Origin: Camelus ferus
Taxonomy: Eukaryota
NCBI RefSeq assembly: GCF_009834535.1
Contig: NC_045697.1
Location: 21,144,001-21,208,000, forward strand
Direction: 5' to 3'
DNA length: 64,000 bases
Every line of letters starts with the position of its first letter. Position 1 is the first letter of the stretch. Below are positions 1 through 13,809 of this stretch, piece by piece. The notes under the pieces were generated by a model, which saw only the letters and a program-made list of their open reading frames with translations, did no database searches and had not been told where the DNA came from. The position numbers and the translations under genes were made by a program.

Positions 1-1519
1 GATGTGTAGTTGCAGAGGAAAAGAGAGAAATGTCTTTTAACTGAATCTTGAGTGACAAACACAATGTCTAGAACAATATACCCATTCAGTCAGCCCTTTA
101 TGATTGCATGTGTTAAATGAATAGATATAGTTCTAAATACTTATATAGTAACCTTTTTTTGTTTAGGTTTATTATGATACAATTTGAATCAATCATCTAG
201 GAAACATTTAATTGTTTAACCACTGGAAGTTGCTAGGTTAAAAAGAATAGACATGATTGGGGAAAAAAATAGCTGGATTGGCCATGACTCATCATGATAT
301 AGGGTATGTATCATCAGAGTTCACAGCGGAAATATTTGCTTTATTCAACAGACAGCATAACCTTCCTATGCTCAAAAGTGACAAAGGGTTGACTCATACT
401 GAAAGAGAATTGTTATCTGATGAAGAATGTAATATTTCCTACCTATTTTTATATATTGAGAAAAAATCTAATTGTTTCACTTATAACCCTCATAAGATCA
501 GTGACAAATAATTTTCATATTAAGACTTACCTGGTAGATTTACCTGTGAGCATGTCCATAGACATTTTGTAAATTTAACACAACATAAAAAAATCGTTAC
601 ATGTACACTTTTAAATCTCTTTCCAGACCAGGGCTTATATCATAGAAAGTGGAAGAGAGTGAGTCAAAGAAAAATTTGCCATTTATTCTGGGTAGACCAA
701 CCAAATATTCGTGGCAGCAACAGAATACAACAATTAGGCAAAATAACTATTACCAAGCTTTTGGAGAATTATTATCTAAAAAAGAACTTACTTCAGCAAT
801 CGTTGATACCAAGAGGCAGAAATTTAATGAACAATTTGTATCACAAGGCATATAACATTGCATAATTTGAAATTAATCACGATTGTATCAGTAATATTAA
901 ACCAATTACATAAGGGGGTCGTTTAAAATGGTGAAATATCTTGGGGAAAGTTTGGTAACAGCAAATGTTAAAACTAAGGGTAAACTATTAGGTGTCTGAT
1001 TTCCACTGATGCCTTTCAGTATGTATAACAAAAATACTTTCTTTCCAGCCTGAAGTAATTGAACTCCTAAAGAGTTTCTAGAAACTAGAAAGAAAAGTTT
1101 CCTACAGAAAATAACCTATGAGTTAGCTACTTCTCAACACTGGTATGTTGAAATATGTCTAAGGGAATTCATTATGATCCACCTATTTTAATTATTATTT
1201 TAATTATCTCAAAGTTAATTACTCATAATAATTTGACACATTAAAATTGTTATACTACATATGAAGTTTTATATCATTCCTTTTTCATAGTTAAGATTGT
1301 ATTTTACTTAGCATAAAAGGTTCTTGAAAACAATTTTAATAGCTGCAAAATGCAGTTTATGAAAAATCGAATAGAATAAAAATTTTAAAATTATAATCTG
1401 CATACTTACCGTTAAATGGATAAAATTTGTAATGGATTTTATGTTAAAATTTATTAAATAATTATTTCCCATCTAAAAGAACTTCTAAGAAACCTAATTA
1501 GTAAAAAAAAGTATTAAAA

Positions 1520-2553
1520 ATAGGAACAAATAGAAGACAAGTAACAAACTTGATGTAATGAATGCATATTGAACCTTACATCCAAAAATGCTAAAATACT
1601 CACTCTCCTTAAGATATAGTAAACCATTTATGGAGCTGGACTGTCTATCTGGTCATAAAAGATGTATCAACACATACACAGACATCTTGAACATAAAAAA
1701 TAATTAATTTTTTTTCACGTTTATCCTATTATAAACAAGTTCAATATCAATAGAAAAAATGTAAATTATATATATTTGGAGGTTAAAGCAAAATAACATA
1801 TAGTTCATGTATTAAAAAAAATCTTTAAAAATTAGTAAATACATATAGTTTTGATACATAATTTCAATAGTAATCAAAATACTATTTCTGTAAAATGTAT
1901 AAATGCATTTCAAGTATAGGGGAAACTATATTTTTTAAAGCTTATATTTGAAATTTTTAAAAGTCTGAAAAATGAATGATCTAATCATCCAATGTAAAAG
2001 TTATGAAAATAAAATAAATTAGTCTAAGTAACTGAAAGAAAGAAACAGCAAAAGCTCAGAATCAAAGGAATATTTTAGATCAACAAGGCCAAAAAAAGCA
2101 TTTTATTTAAAAAGTATAATAAAATAGAACAAAAAGTCTGCCCTGCATGGACTTTAATCAAAAAAGAGAGGGGAGAGAGAGAGAGATCACAAATAGATAA
2201 TATTAGAACTGAAGGGGAGCATGATTACATATATGGAAGTAGTTTAAAAAAATCAATGAATATTCAGTCACTTTATGCCAATTAATTCAAAACCGTGCCA
2301 GAACTAAAATAGAATAGTAAACCTGCACGAGAAATCATTAAATAAATAGAAACTATCCACAGGATATAAAACTAATAATAAAATGAAAATTACAGCAATT
2401 TTTGCCAGTTAAGTTCTACCTACAATCAAGGAATGGATTTTTACCAGTAAGATTTTTGAATATCCAAAGACTGGCACATATACAACTTCTTTCAGAAAGT
2501 AAATAGAAAGTGGTAAGTAACTCATTTTAGAAAACCTTAATAACCTTGCCACT
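1520..2553 (+). mobile_element. Ancient degraded L1 (L1M-type) ORF2 5' part, endonuclease/linker region
   Basis: A-rich sequence resembling the L1 ORF2 consensus, e.g. AACAAACTTGATGTAATG...ACCTTACATCCAAAAATGCTAAAATACTCACTCTCCTTAAG and AACTCATTTTAG...ATAACCTTG. Continues after the MLT1 insertion. Boundaries approximate. Confidence 0.7.
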
Positions 2554-3129
2554 TGTGGTAGGAAGAATTCCAAAGATGGGTCTCCAAGACTCTTATCCCT
2601 GATGTTGTATCAAATATTAATCTAAGTGATGTAAAGAGATTTTGCAGATGTAAAATCCTAAATCAGTTTGCTTTAATATATGGACATTAGTTGTGTGGGT
2701 CTAACCTAATCCCATGTGCTCTTTAAAAACAGATAAATCAGAGAGATTTAAAGCACTAGAAGGATTCCAAGCACCACTTTTGGCTCAAAGATGAAGGGGA
2801 CAATATCCATGAGGAATGCAGGAAGCTTCAAAGAGCTGAGAGCTGCCCCCATGTTGACTATCAACATGGAAATGGGGACCTTGGTCTTCCAACCCAAAGA
2901 GCTGAATTCAGCTAACAACCTGAAGACACTTAGAAGTGCTTCTGCCCTAGCACCTCCAGGTAAGAACTCAGCCTCCTCTAAACCTTGATTTCAGCATTGT
3001 AAAGTCTTGAGCAGCAAACAGTTTACATAGCTCAGAGTTCTGACCTGCAACTGTGGCATAATAAATGGGTGTTCTTTTGAGCTACTAAGTTTGTAGTAAT
3101 TTGTTATTCAGTTGTACAGAACTAATACA
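2554..3129 (+). mobile_element. MaLR solo LTR, MLT1E-like, inserted into L1 ORF2
   Basis: Starts TGTGGTAGGAAGAATTCC; contains GATTTTGCAGATGT and AATAAATGGGTG; ends GTAATTTGTTA...AACTAATACA. These are typical MLT1 termini. Confidence 0.85.
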
Positions 3130-3300
3130 ACATCATACCAGATGAAGACAGTTAAAAATGTGAAAGTATAGTCCAATATCACTTACGTATCTACATACAA
3201 AAATTCTAAATAAACCAATAACACATTTAATCCAGCAACTGAAAAGAGTCCATGACCCAAAGATCTACTTCAAGAGTATGAAGATAACATTAAAATTAAA
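3130..3300 (+). mobile_element. Continuation of the same ancient L1 ORF2 (start of RT region)
   Basis: TATAGTCCAATATCACTTACG...ACAAAAATTCTAAATAAA...AATCCAGCAA...CATGACC matches the YRPISL..D.KILNK..IQQ..HDQ segment of L1 ORF2 in decayed form. Confidence 0.75.
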
Positions 3301-6059
3301 CTAACCTGTGGAAATACTCATGTGTATATGAGAAGAAGAGAGAGTTCAAGAGAAGCAAGAAAATCGTGTGTTATTTGCCGATATTGACACATATAGTCAA
3401 TAATCTCTGCCCTTTGGTCACTAATTTGTTAAGCCGAGTTGACTTGAAGAATAAAATTAGATGATAATAAAATTGATTTTTAATTTAGGTATTGGTTTTA
3501 ACATTAAGCTGACAGTTTCAAATAATTTCACTTATTTAATTCCTTCCAGATGACGATTTTTCTGTTTTGCACTCCTAACGTAGCCATCTTACTTCTAGTC
3601 TGTTCTGTGTTGAGTCATATATTTTACAAACTTTTAAGCGACAAGTGCTCTTCTAGTTACAGTAATGTTCTTTGATCATTCAATCAGAATTATTTAGTAT
3701 ACATTTTTGTTGTTATCTCACAGTATGATTTTTTTTCCTCACTACTACATTTATAAAATCTTCCCCATTAGTTGGCATTGTACTGTTTGCCTCCACTACT
3801 GGATTGAAAGCATTTTGAAAAGAGACTAAAATTTTTTTTTTTTTTTTACAATCTTCACCCACTTGCAGAGCACATAGCTCATCATAATACCTGATGTTTA
3901 TTAAAATGAACAAAGGTAATTGCCTCTTGAAACAGCAATGAATATTAAATAAGTAGATATATGTTCATGCCTAGCAAAGAAAACATTCGAATTCTGCTAT
4001 GTAATTACAATTATCATTGTTTATTGTGTCACTAAAGCCTCACTTTTCTTTATTTTCACAGCATGGCAGATACACTCTGTGGATATTGAAGATGAAGTGG
4101 AAAGAAAACAAACATAAATTAGTGAAAGATCTGTTTTTCTTGGTGGATGCAACAGAACTAGGATTAGTTTTAGTCCCCTCTTGCCCATTTTACCAGTTAT
4201 TTTGTGCAGAAGACAGTAGCTTTGGCGACTCTCACAGGTTTCAGAATAATCTCTCACGGAGGAAATTATATTATTTCTACAAAATACCAGATAGTGGAAC
4301 AACCCTCCTGAGTAATGATGTAGCATCTAGGCATCTTCTGGATGCCCAGAGAATTTCCTAATCTGACTGATTTCTTGGTAGACCTGTAAACAATTTGCAA
4401 AATATAAGTCCTCCCAGGTTGTGAATCTCTAATTCAAACATGCCACATAAAAACGGTTTCTCTGTTGTATCAGAAAGTTTTCAAAAGCCAGAGGCTGAAG
4501 AAGTAAATATATTGTTTTCCTTATTGACTAGCTTGATGGAGCTTTCTACAAATTCACATTGGTTTTGAAAAAGCTTGCAGGCTCCTTCTTTATCACAGTG
4601 CTCTTTATTGCTTTGATTTTATTATAGGTTGTTAAGACAAAATAGAGTGTATCCCAGTTAAGAAGCTCTAAAAGCAAAAGCAGGAAAAAGAGTAGAAATT
4701 CTGTATCATACATATCTCAAAGTGAAAAATAATTTGTTTAATAAACTCAAACAAGGATCACTAATTGATGTACCTTTACCCCCTAACACTGCATGAAATG
4801 ACTACTGTGCATGTATATAGTAATTAAAATGTGTTGACAACAATTTAGTGGGTATCCACTGAAACTGTCAAGCAGTATTCACAATAAAAATTAAAATGAA
4901 ATCAGTCAGACACATGATGATATGCTATTATAATTTTCAGCATCTGTACAAAAAGCAATTGCTAATACATGCGCATTTCCCTCCTCAGACTTAACAAGGG
5001 TATGAATGATGGCTTCTTGTGCCTTCTTTTCTCAACTTTTATTTCCTAACAGATTAATGGCATGCTAATGTAACTCACCACTTCTGTGGTCTTTTGTATC
5101 AAACTGACAATAGAGAGGATGTTCAGGTTGATCATATTATAGTCCCTCTCATTCTACTTATATCAGGTACTAGAGTCATATTCTAAGTACTAGATAAACA
5201 TGTGGTTTGACAGAGTAGCCCTTTGCAAAAAGCATATGTGTGTGCTTAATCTTCTCATTTTTTTCATTTATTTATTATTTAAGGAATTTTTTTTCTTCAG
5301 GAAGGGAAAAAATAAAATAAAACCTGGCTGAGAATCATTGCAACTCCTACCCATCGTGTGAGGAGACTTTAGTCAGTGTCTAAAGTTTCACTTTGGCTCA
5401 AAAAGTACTTATATCTAAACTTACAAGCAACAGAACTATAAAAACAGTTTGGGAGTTAATATTTGAAATACTTATTACTTATCACAGACCCAGTGCTGTG
5501 CAAACCATTATGTGACTAAACATTTGCAAAGTGAATACATTAATTAAGTTCTTCTTTCAACCTAACATGGAAAACCTTGAGAGGTTCATATACTTTTAGT
5601 GCTAATAATTTGGAATACATTAAATGGCAAAAATATATTCAATGAAAGGAACAAAATAAAGAATGTCAATCATATAGGTGATAGTGTTCAACTGAGCAAA
5701 TATGAGTTTAAGATGTGTGCGTGTGTGTGTATTGTGCTGGAGTATGTGCTCAAGAGACACTATGAACAACATATGAACAATATGTTGGTCTTGGGAAACT
5801 GACTCCTTAGGGGAAGAAAGTAGACAAACTAATAATTTCAATATGACATGAATTTTAAGGGGATGTTAAATATGTAACATAAATGAAAGACATAAATATA
5901 ATGTGAGGGTTCCAGAAAGTCATTCTACAAGAGTTGATTTTGAATAGTGAAGGATGGCATGAAAATTCAGTATGAAATCATCAAGCTGAGAAAATATTAG
6001 CAGCAAGATCTTAGTAATAATGATGATGATGTTAATGATCATAATAAGTTATAACTAAC

Positions 6060-6290
6060 AATAGATAAGTCAAATTGACAGCCTATTATGTTAGGCTTTT
6101 CCTTGCCTTATTATGTTATTAATCTTCACAGTGTAGTTACTATTATAATTACTGCCATATAAGAAGACAGAGGCAAAGGAAGGGCTAATAAATAGCACAA
6201 GAATAAACAGATCATAAGTTGTGAAGCCAGGACTTGAAATCAAAAATTCTTATAATAGTTTATGAAGTATGCTTTAAACAATTATACACT
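6060..6290 (-). mobile_element. MIR SINE (degraded)
   Basis: TTAATCTTCACA...GACAGAGGCAAAGGAAGGGCTAATAAATAGCACAAG...GAAGCCAGGACTTGAA resembles the antisense MIR core. Confidence 0.6.
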
Positions 6291-6321
6291 ACCACCATTC
6301 TGGTAATGTATCTTTGAAAAC

Positions 6322-6520
6322 ATTTTTAATTGAGGTAAATAAGATACCAACAACATAAAATTGTCTATGTTAAGTGTTTTAATATGCATACTTGAATAGA
6401 ATTTAGTATATTCACAATGTTGTGTGAACACCACCAGTATCTAGTTCCAGAACATTTTCATCTCCCCAGTAGGAAACTCCGTACCTGTTAAGCAGTCATT
6501 CCCAATCTCCACCTTCTTCT
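6322..6520 (-). mobile_element. L1MB-like 3' end fragment
   Basis: TTTTTAATTGAGGTAAA...TTTAGTATATTCACAATGTTGTG...TAGTTCCAGAACATTTTCATCTCCCCA...AGCAGTCATTCCC is a typical antisense L1M 3' UTR. Confidence 0.75.
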
Positions 6521-6529
6521 TATCTTTTT

Positions 6530-8110
6530 GTATGCTTCAGATCATAAGTGTTTATTCTTATTTTTAACTCATTTTCTCATTAGGTTGTTTGGCTCATTCT
6601 TATTGATTACAGGTGTATTGACACTATTTCTCCAGTTTTGTTGGTCTGCAGTGACTTTGTTTCACCCTTGATTTTGACCATATTTGATTTTTATGCTAGT
6701 CTAGATAAAAAGTTTTTGCGGTTAATACTTTGAGTTATTATTCTATTGATTTTCACTAATACTGTTGCTGGAAGTGCTCAGACCTATGTTTGTTCCCTTG
6801 AAGATCATAAGTATTTATTTGCTAGTTTATTTAAGGTCTTTTCTTCTGCATTAGTTTTCTGTATTTACATTATGATGGCTCTAGGTGTGGAATTATATTT
6901 ATTTTTCCTGTATAAGATACATGAAGATTCTGGAAGAATCCAGATTCAAAGGAACAGTTTCATTTGAGCTTAATTCTTAAATTTTATCATTCATTACATC
7001 TTTATATCAAGCTTTTCTTTTTACCAGCTTCTTCTGGTTTTCCTGGTAGATAAATACTAAAAATTTTTTACTCGTACATCTCTCAACTTCCTTTTTATTT
7101 TATCTCTATTTCTCTATACTGAATCCTGAGTAATTCTGTTAAAATCCATTCTAGTTCATTCATTCTGTCATCATTATGTCTATTCTATTTATCTGATCTT
7201 AAGAGCTCTTCTACCATTTCTAGAATTTTTATTTGTTATTTTTGAAATCAGATTTAGCATTTTGATATCTTCTTTTATTTTACCTACTTGAACATCCTCT
7301 TTTATTATTAAAACATATTACTCATATTTTTTAATACTCTACATCTGATTCTTTTGTTTGTGTATATTTGTTATATTCTGTTAACTTTTGCTCACAGTAG
7401 GCTATTCCTTTGATTATTTTATTTTCCTATAAATAAACACTTATAAGAATTTTATTGACTATTGAGCTATATTATGCAAAAAACTTTGAAGGGATATGGT
7501 AAAATCTGTTCCTATAATTAGGACTATGTTTAATTCTACAAGGTATCTGGAGTGTTGACAATGCTCAGAAATTCTATATAAATGTTGTGCTTTAGGCATT
7601 TGGATTCCATAGATACTATGATTTCTGATGTCAAACCTGCTTCAGGCCAAACTCAAGGTTATAAATCATCAAAGAAGACTTTTTGTACCCCACTCCCTCA
7701 TTTGTCAAGTTTAATTATTGCCTCCTTGTACTGGGGAGTGCTGTTTTTCTCCCAGTTGTCTATTTTATTAAGCATTCACATTTTGGAGTCATGACTGTAT
7801 ACTGAAGGGCACTTGGTTTGACTTTTTACTTTCTCAGACTGAAGTTTTTATTTTGTTTTTCTTTACACTTGTTGGATTAGAACCATAAGCCGAAAATCTC
7901 CTAGAATATGCATCTTTCCTCAGAGCAACTATAGTTTTCCGGTGGGCTTTCTTCTTTGAATTTTTGTTTTCTTCTTTTTTTTTTAATTTAACTTATTTTA
8001 ATTTTGAAAAACTTCCTTGCTAACTAAACTATGACTTAAAGATTTTTTTAAAGTATTCAGCATGTTGAGGGAGGTTTTCGAATAGTCAGTGTATCATATT
8101 GCCAGAAATA
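6530..8110 (-). mobile_element. Ancient L1ME/HAL1-like 5'/ORF1 region
   Basis: T-rich antisense L1-like text (ATTATGATGGCTCTAGGTGTGG, CCATTTCTAGAATTTTTATTTG) ending in CATATTGCCAGAA, similar to old L1/HAL1 5' termini. Confidence 0.55.
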
Positions 8111-8744
8111 ATTATGTTCTATTTCTTCATTTTAATTAGTATTTAAGGGATAATATGCAAAAAAAGTAGGGGGAGAGTTAATAATCACTTTTATGTAAAT
8201 CCTTAAAAGGCATTCAACATCTCAGATTTTAATATTTTTCTGATTAAAATTTTTGACATTGATTTATTTTATAATCAGCAAATGATCTAAATGTGAAATA
8301 AATTCATAGTAATGAAACTATATGAAGTGCCCTTTCAGTTATTCAAAAAGGAATAATTTCCAGATAATCTCCAGACGATTTTGCTGAGTGCAAATCCTCC
8401 TAAGGAATGTGTCCATCCTGCCTTTGCCTAACAGCACAGACTTTTTCTATTATCTGCTATTCTCTGTTTCTTTGGCTCCTACCCAGATTCTCCCTCTTTG
8501 CCTACCACTTTCAATTTATGACTCATTCAGGTTTATCCATTTTAATTTGGCTGCTCCCCAAGTAATTGCTTTTTGGAGCGCATACTTCTCAACCTGGTCA
8601 ACAGTTCTTACAAAATTATACTTTACTTTCTCCTCTAGCTCTGACTTGATAGAAAACTCAATCTTCCTAGTTCTCCAAAACACTAGTCACTCTAGTTCCT
8701 TGGGGTATAAAGTAAAAATTATGTATTTATTTAACACGGTTAAT

Positions 8745-8960
8745 TGGAATGAAAGGCAATTGTGGTTAGCACCCTTGTTTATTACTGGACTCACGTTGAA
8801 CCCTCTGGGTGTGAATCCCTCCTCTTCCATTAATGAATTAACTGTGTAACTTTGGACAAGTTAAAATTCCCACATCTGAAAAATGATAATAAAAGTCATA
8901 CTTAAATGAGAAGACTGTATTGATGACTAAACAAGAGAAAAATGAGGGCTTGGAACAGTG
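8745..8960 (+). mobile_element. MIR SINE
   Basis: CTGGGTGTGAATCCC...CTGTGTAACTTTGGACAAGTTA...CACATCTGAAAAATGATAATAA matches the MIR core. Confidence 0.7.
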
Positions 8961-10700
8961 TTCTATGTCTATAGATATATACCCACACACATGCACGCAC
9001 ACACATGCATAGACATAAACATAGATACAGTGTGAGTTATATCAGAAAAATGTCACTTTGGATATTTAGAGAAGGAAAGTAGAATGCAGTGTATCTCTTA
9101 GTTCAACAGGTAACAATATTTTCATATACAGAGTAATTAAGTGTTGTACATTGACTTAAACAAAATGTAATTAAGGTTTGAGGAAATATGTATACAATTG
9201 TGAAAAAGAAGTGAAAACCTCATTATCCATAATAGAAAACAAATAATCATATCTAAAATTAACAACAAAAAAAGCAAGTAAACTATTTTATTTAGAAACA
9301 TGCATTTTAAAAACCATGAGAAAAATGAAAAATTCTTGAAAAAGAAAGTTGCTGGGTCAACAGCACTAGAAAAGGGATGAAGAGAGATGGAAGGCAGCCT
9401 GTGGATTTTGGATACATTCTTCATATTTCTGATTTATAACTGTACATGTCATGATTTTAATAAAAATAGTATTATTTTAATATACATAATTTAAATATAC
9501 CTTTTATTATTTAATTTGCATCCATGATCAGCTACACTATTTTCTTTATGTAAATTTCTAGTACTCTGGTATTAATTTAAAGTAACCTATTTAATGTAGT
9601 AAAGTCCCAGAGTCAGAATAGCACTCTTTTTAATTTGAATAGCATACATGAATTTACTGTGAATGTTTTATGAAAGTCATTTTGCCATTTTTGTGTAGCT
9701 TCTTAATGCTGAAAGTGTGAAAACTTTAAAGGTCATTGTATAAATATTCTTCACTTACTTTTTTTAATTGTACCATACATACAGTGATAAATTTACTTCT
9801 AAAACACTATAGAACAGATAATTTCATCTTGTAATTGCTAATTAGTTTAGTACTCAAAAGTATGTACCTTTGATTTCAGTCCCAATGCTGTAATTTACTG
9901 CAGAAATAGAATATACATATCTGTATCAGATTCTTTATTTCCTCTATCATCACTCCCCCTGCCTTTTAAAATATTCTCTTTAGTGCATCAAATACTTCAG
10001 CAGTGCCACTGAATAAATTAGTAGGAAGTGATTAAGATTTTTGTGCATCTTTTAATACTTCTATATTACTTTCTAACCTAAGTACTGTTTTATATAAAAT
10101 AAAAATCCTTTATAAATCCTTTAATGGAAATCAATAATTCAGAACTTTAAATCTCCTGTGCTTCCACTGTTGTTACTGAGATGAAGGATAACATTTTGTT
10201 TCCTGATGTTTCCCTCTCCACCCGCTGAATATATTTTTTTTCCTGAATATATTTTTGCCTATTTTGTCTCTCTCTTTTGCATCCCTTTTTGTGTGTTTAT
10301 ATATGCAATTTTTTGGTGGTGGTTTGTTTGAAGGTGTCTTATCAACTATCATTGAATGTATGTGTGTGTGTGTTTATTGTGGATTTTTTTCTTCATCTAT
10401 TTATGTTATTTGATTTTTTTTTTTTTGGAGAGGCTTGATTTCAGTGACAAACACACCAAGTCAACCAGGATGTGACTTGGATGTGTATGTCTTTTGCTAA
10501 TAAAAATAAAAATTCCTCCCTTCAACTGATATTTATTTAGTAGTTACAATCTACCAAGCAAATACATATTTTATTCTAGTGTACATATAAAAACCATATA
10601 AATCCAGCAGAACAAATAGACAATTTTTGATACAAATATAAGTCAACTTAAAAATTACATGAGGATGTTCTAATTGGATTTTACCAAATGAAAGAAAGAT

Positions 10701-10775
<75 letters not shown>

Positions 10776-10865
10776 AAAAGGAAGGAAGGGAGGAAGAGAG
10801 GAAGGAAGGGAGGAAGGGAGGAAGAGAGGAAGAGAGAAAGAGAGAAAGGAAGAAAGGGAGAGAAG
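10701..10865 (+). repeat. (AGAA)19 microsatellite followed by AG-only low-complexity tract
   Basis: Perfect AGAA units at 10701-10776, then uninterrupted purines to 10865. Confidence 0.97.
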
Positions 10866-10928
10866 TCATGAGGTCTGTTACTAGCTTATGATTTTAATCA
10901 ACATGGAAGATGAAATACCATTCATTAA

Positions 10929-11363
10929 TGTGAAGGTTAGTTTTATGTGTCAGCTTTTCTGGGCCACAGGTCCTCCAGATATTTTGTCAAATGTTATTTC
11001 TGGGTGTGTCTGTAAGGGTGTTTTTTGATGAGATTAACATGAAATTGGTAGCTTTAATAAAGCAGATTATCCCTCTTAATGTAATTGGGGCTCATACAAT
11101 TAGTTGAGACTCAATAGAACAAAAAGGCTGACCCTTCCCTGGGTCTGAGAAATTCCTTTTGCCTGACTGCCTTGAACTGAGATATCATCAGATATTTTTC
11201 CTGCCTTCAGACTCAAACTGAAACATCAGTTCTTCCCTGGTAACAAGCTTGCTTGGCCTTTGACTTCCTTGAGTGTCCAGTTTGCTTACCACCCTTATCC
11301 TCACATGTTAGGACTTGTCAGTCTTTATGATCACATGAGCCAATTCCTTATAATAAATCACTT

Positions 11364-11393
<30 letters not shown>
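10929..11393 (+). mobile_element. ERVL solo LTR, MLT2B-like, trailing into (TA)n(TG)n
   Basis: TGTGAAGGTTAGTTTTATGTGTCAGCTT...GATGAGATTAACAT...AAAGCAGATT...AATAGAACAAAAAGGCTGACCCT...TGAGCCAATTCCTTATAATAAATC matches the MLT2B pattern. Confidence 0.88.
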
Positions 11394-11394
<1 letters not shown>

Positions 11395-11958
11395 TAATCA
11401 TATAAACATATAAAATTGATGTTTATACATTTATATAAATGCATATATAAGTACAATTACTGAAAGTAAAACATTATGTAAGCTTCATAAAAACATATTT
11501 CATTTCAAGCAATGTGAACAATTTAGTTTAATTGAGAAAAACTTCACTTGATTTTTTTAGGGGTATGGATAAACTTTCAACTGCATTAATTTTAATATCA
11601 ATCCTACAACTTGTGAATCTTTGTTTTCCATGAGATGTTCCATTTCCTTGAAGATATTTTTATAAGAAATAGGAATCCAAACAACTTTTAATATATCTCA
11701 AAGTAAAAATTCATCTAATGTTTATGTGCATGTTTGAGCAGATAAGATAATATATATGAAAGACTTTCAGATAATTTATAAGTCGCTATTTAATTGCTAG
11801 TTATTATTTGGTATTATTAGTTAGTTTATTGTCTGGTATCTTGAACAGGTGACAGTATATAGGTATTCAATAATCACATGATGAATAGATACACACACTT
11901 GCACACAATATGCATATGCGGTCTGTGGACTTATGTTGTCTACAGATGGAAACATATA

Positions 11959-11986
11959 TACATACATACATACATACATACATACA
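11959..11986 (+). repeat. (TACA)7 microsatellite
   Basis: Direct reading. Confidence 0.9.
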
Positions 11987-13809
11987 TAAATAAATAGTTT
12001 TTTATATACATATATATAAAGACAGAAAGAGAGAGAGACATAGAATAGTACAAAAGGTAATAGCTATCAGAAAACTTCAACAATGCTTCCAAAATGATAA
12101 AATACCATGATAATATAAAAATTATAAATGAAAATGAAATGAGAAAAAGATAAATAGAATTCAGGTCAAACACAACTGACAAAAAAATTCTTTCTAAGCA
12201 CTTCTAGTTACATTATTAACATTTAATTCAGCAAATATTTATTAACTACTTATTTCCAAAAGACCTTTTTTAGTCCTGGCCAAGGACACAAAAAAGAACT
12301 GGACAATTTACTGCCTTTAAGACATTGCAAAGTTAGAAATGCTGAATACTAAGTAAAGCTGCCGGATTGCCTAATCCCATTGACAGCATAGAATAGTTAC
12401 CTAAAGGAAAGGAGGAGGAAAGGAAATCAGGCTGGTATTCATCTATACAGAAATAGCACCTGACTTTCAGCTTGTAATAGAAAGGTGATCATTTACATTG
12501 TCCTGAAGTTCTTTCCCTTTGTGTCCCCCTTGTAAGAGCAAAACTTCCTGTATGATACTTCTTCTTCTTTGGCTTTCCAAAAAATGTGCCATATAACATT
12601 TCTAATTTAGGGTTTATTCTTTCAGAACATTGTCAAATATAAAAAGAGACACCTTTCACAATGCAGTATTAGCAGCTCTGTGTTGGTTAGCATTATACCT
12701 CTGAGAATGCCTTCAGTAAAAGACCCTTCAAATCAAAGCTAGTTTGTCAAGGACTGTTTTATATTTAAGTTGCCACCATTGTGCTCCTTGACTAAGTACT
12801 CCTCTTCTCTTACCCTTTCAAATAACTGAACTTAGCATAGTTTTATGCAATTGTGATGTTTTTCATTATTTGAAAGTACTCATTCTGTCTGTCACACATT
12901 ATGTGAGAGTCTGCCTTAAGCTACTGAAGGCCTGATGGAATAATGTCAAATGCATGATACAAATCATTATTTCAATAAACATCATTTTCTCTTTCCATCG
13001 CTTTCAGGCTGTCTAGTTTTGCACTCACATTAGAGTTTTAACATTAACTTTCTGGATTTTCCTAACAATAAGAAAATAATGTTCAAGCCATTATTACCTC
13101 TCTTCACTATCCAGACTGTGCATGTCAAGTATTTCATTAGTACCTTAAAATTCACAACTAGTTCTGTTTCAACAGCCTGCTAACATATAATATTCTGCCT
13201 ATTGATAATTTAGGCTTGCCAAATTGTGTAGGGCATTCAGTACTGTAATCTGTATGATCCAGCAAAGGTCATATGCATGGGAACAACCACTGTCTCAAAT
13301 AGTCCTTGGGCCCCATGTTTTTGGAATAAGAATTGTGATGCCATAGTCCTTCGATGTAGAACAACACACGCATAACTTGTCTGAATCTATATTCAGTGGT
13401 AAACAGGAATTAGGTGTCTCTTGTAAAGGAGAGGCTGTCAAGAGAAATAGAAGCAAAGTTGTTGCTTGAAGATCCTCAAATTATTCTTAATGGGCTCCTT
13501 GTTAGATTAGGATTCATACTTACTGTCATCACGTTTTAGTTGCTAAGTGCCTTTATCTTAAAATATTTATTTTATATTATTTAAAATAGGGTAAAACTGC
13601 TGTAGTTTACAAGAATGTAAATGGTATGTTTCATTTTACAAATAACATTTAATTAGAAAAATATACTAAAGCTCTTCATGCATCCTCTGCCACGAGAATT
13701 AAGAGAGCTGACTTCTGTACGATATGGCCTGGAAATTGATACGTGCAACATATATTTTGATAAGGAAAAACATAAGATCTGAAAACTAATAATAGAAGGC
13801 ACTCATCTT

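Noticed and set aside
8388..8849. Longest ORF in the track (153 aa)
   Set aside because: Non-ATG start, L/S/F-biased composition from pyrimidine-rich DNA, and it runs into a MIR.
10681..10869. 62-aa F/L/S-rich ORF
   Set aside because: Translation of the microsatellite.
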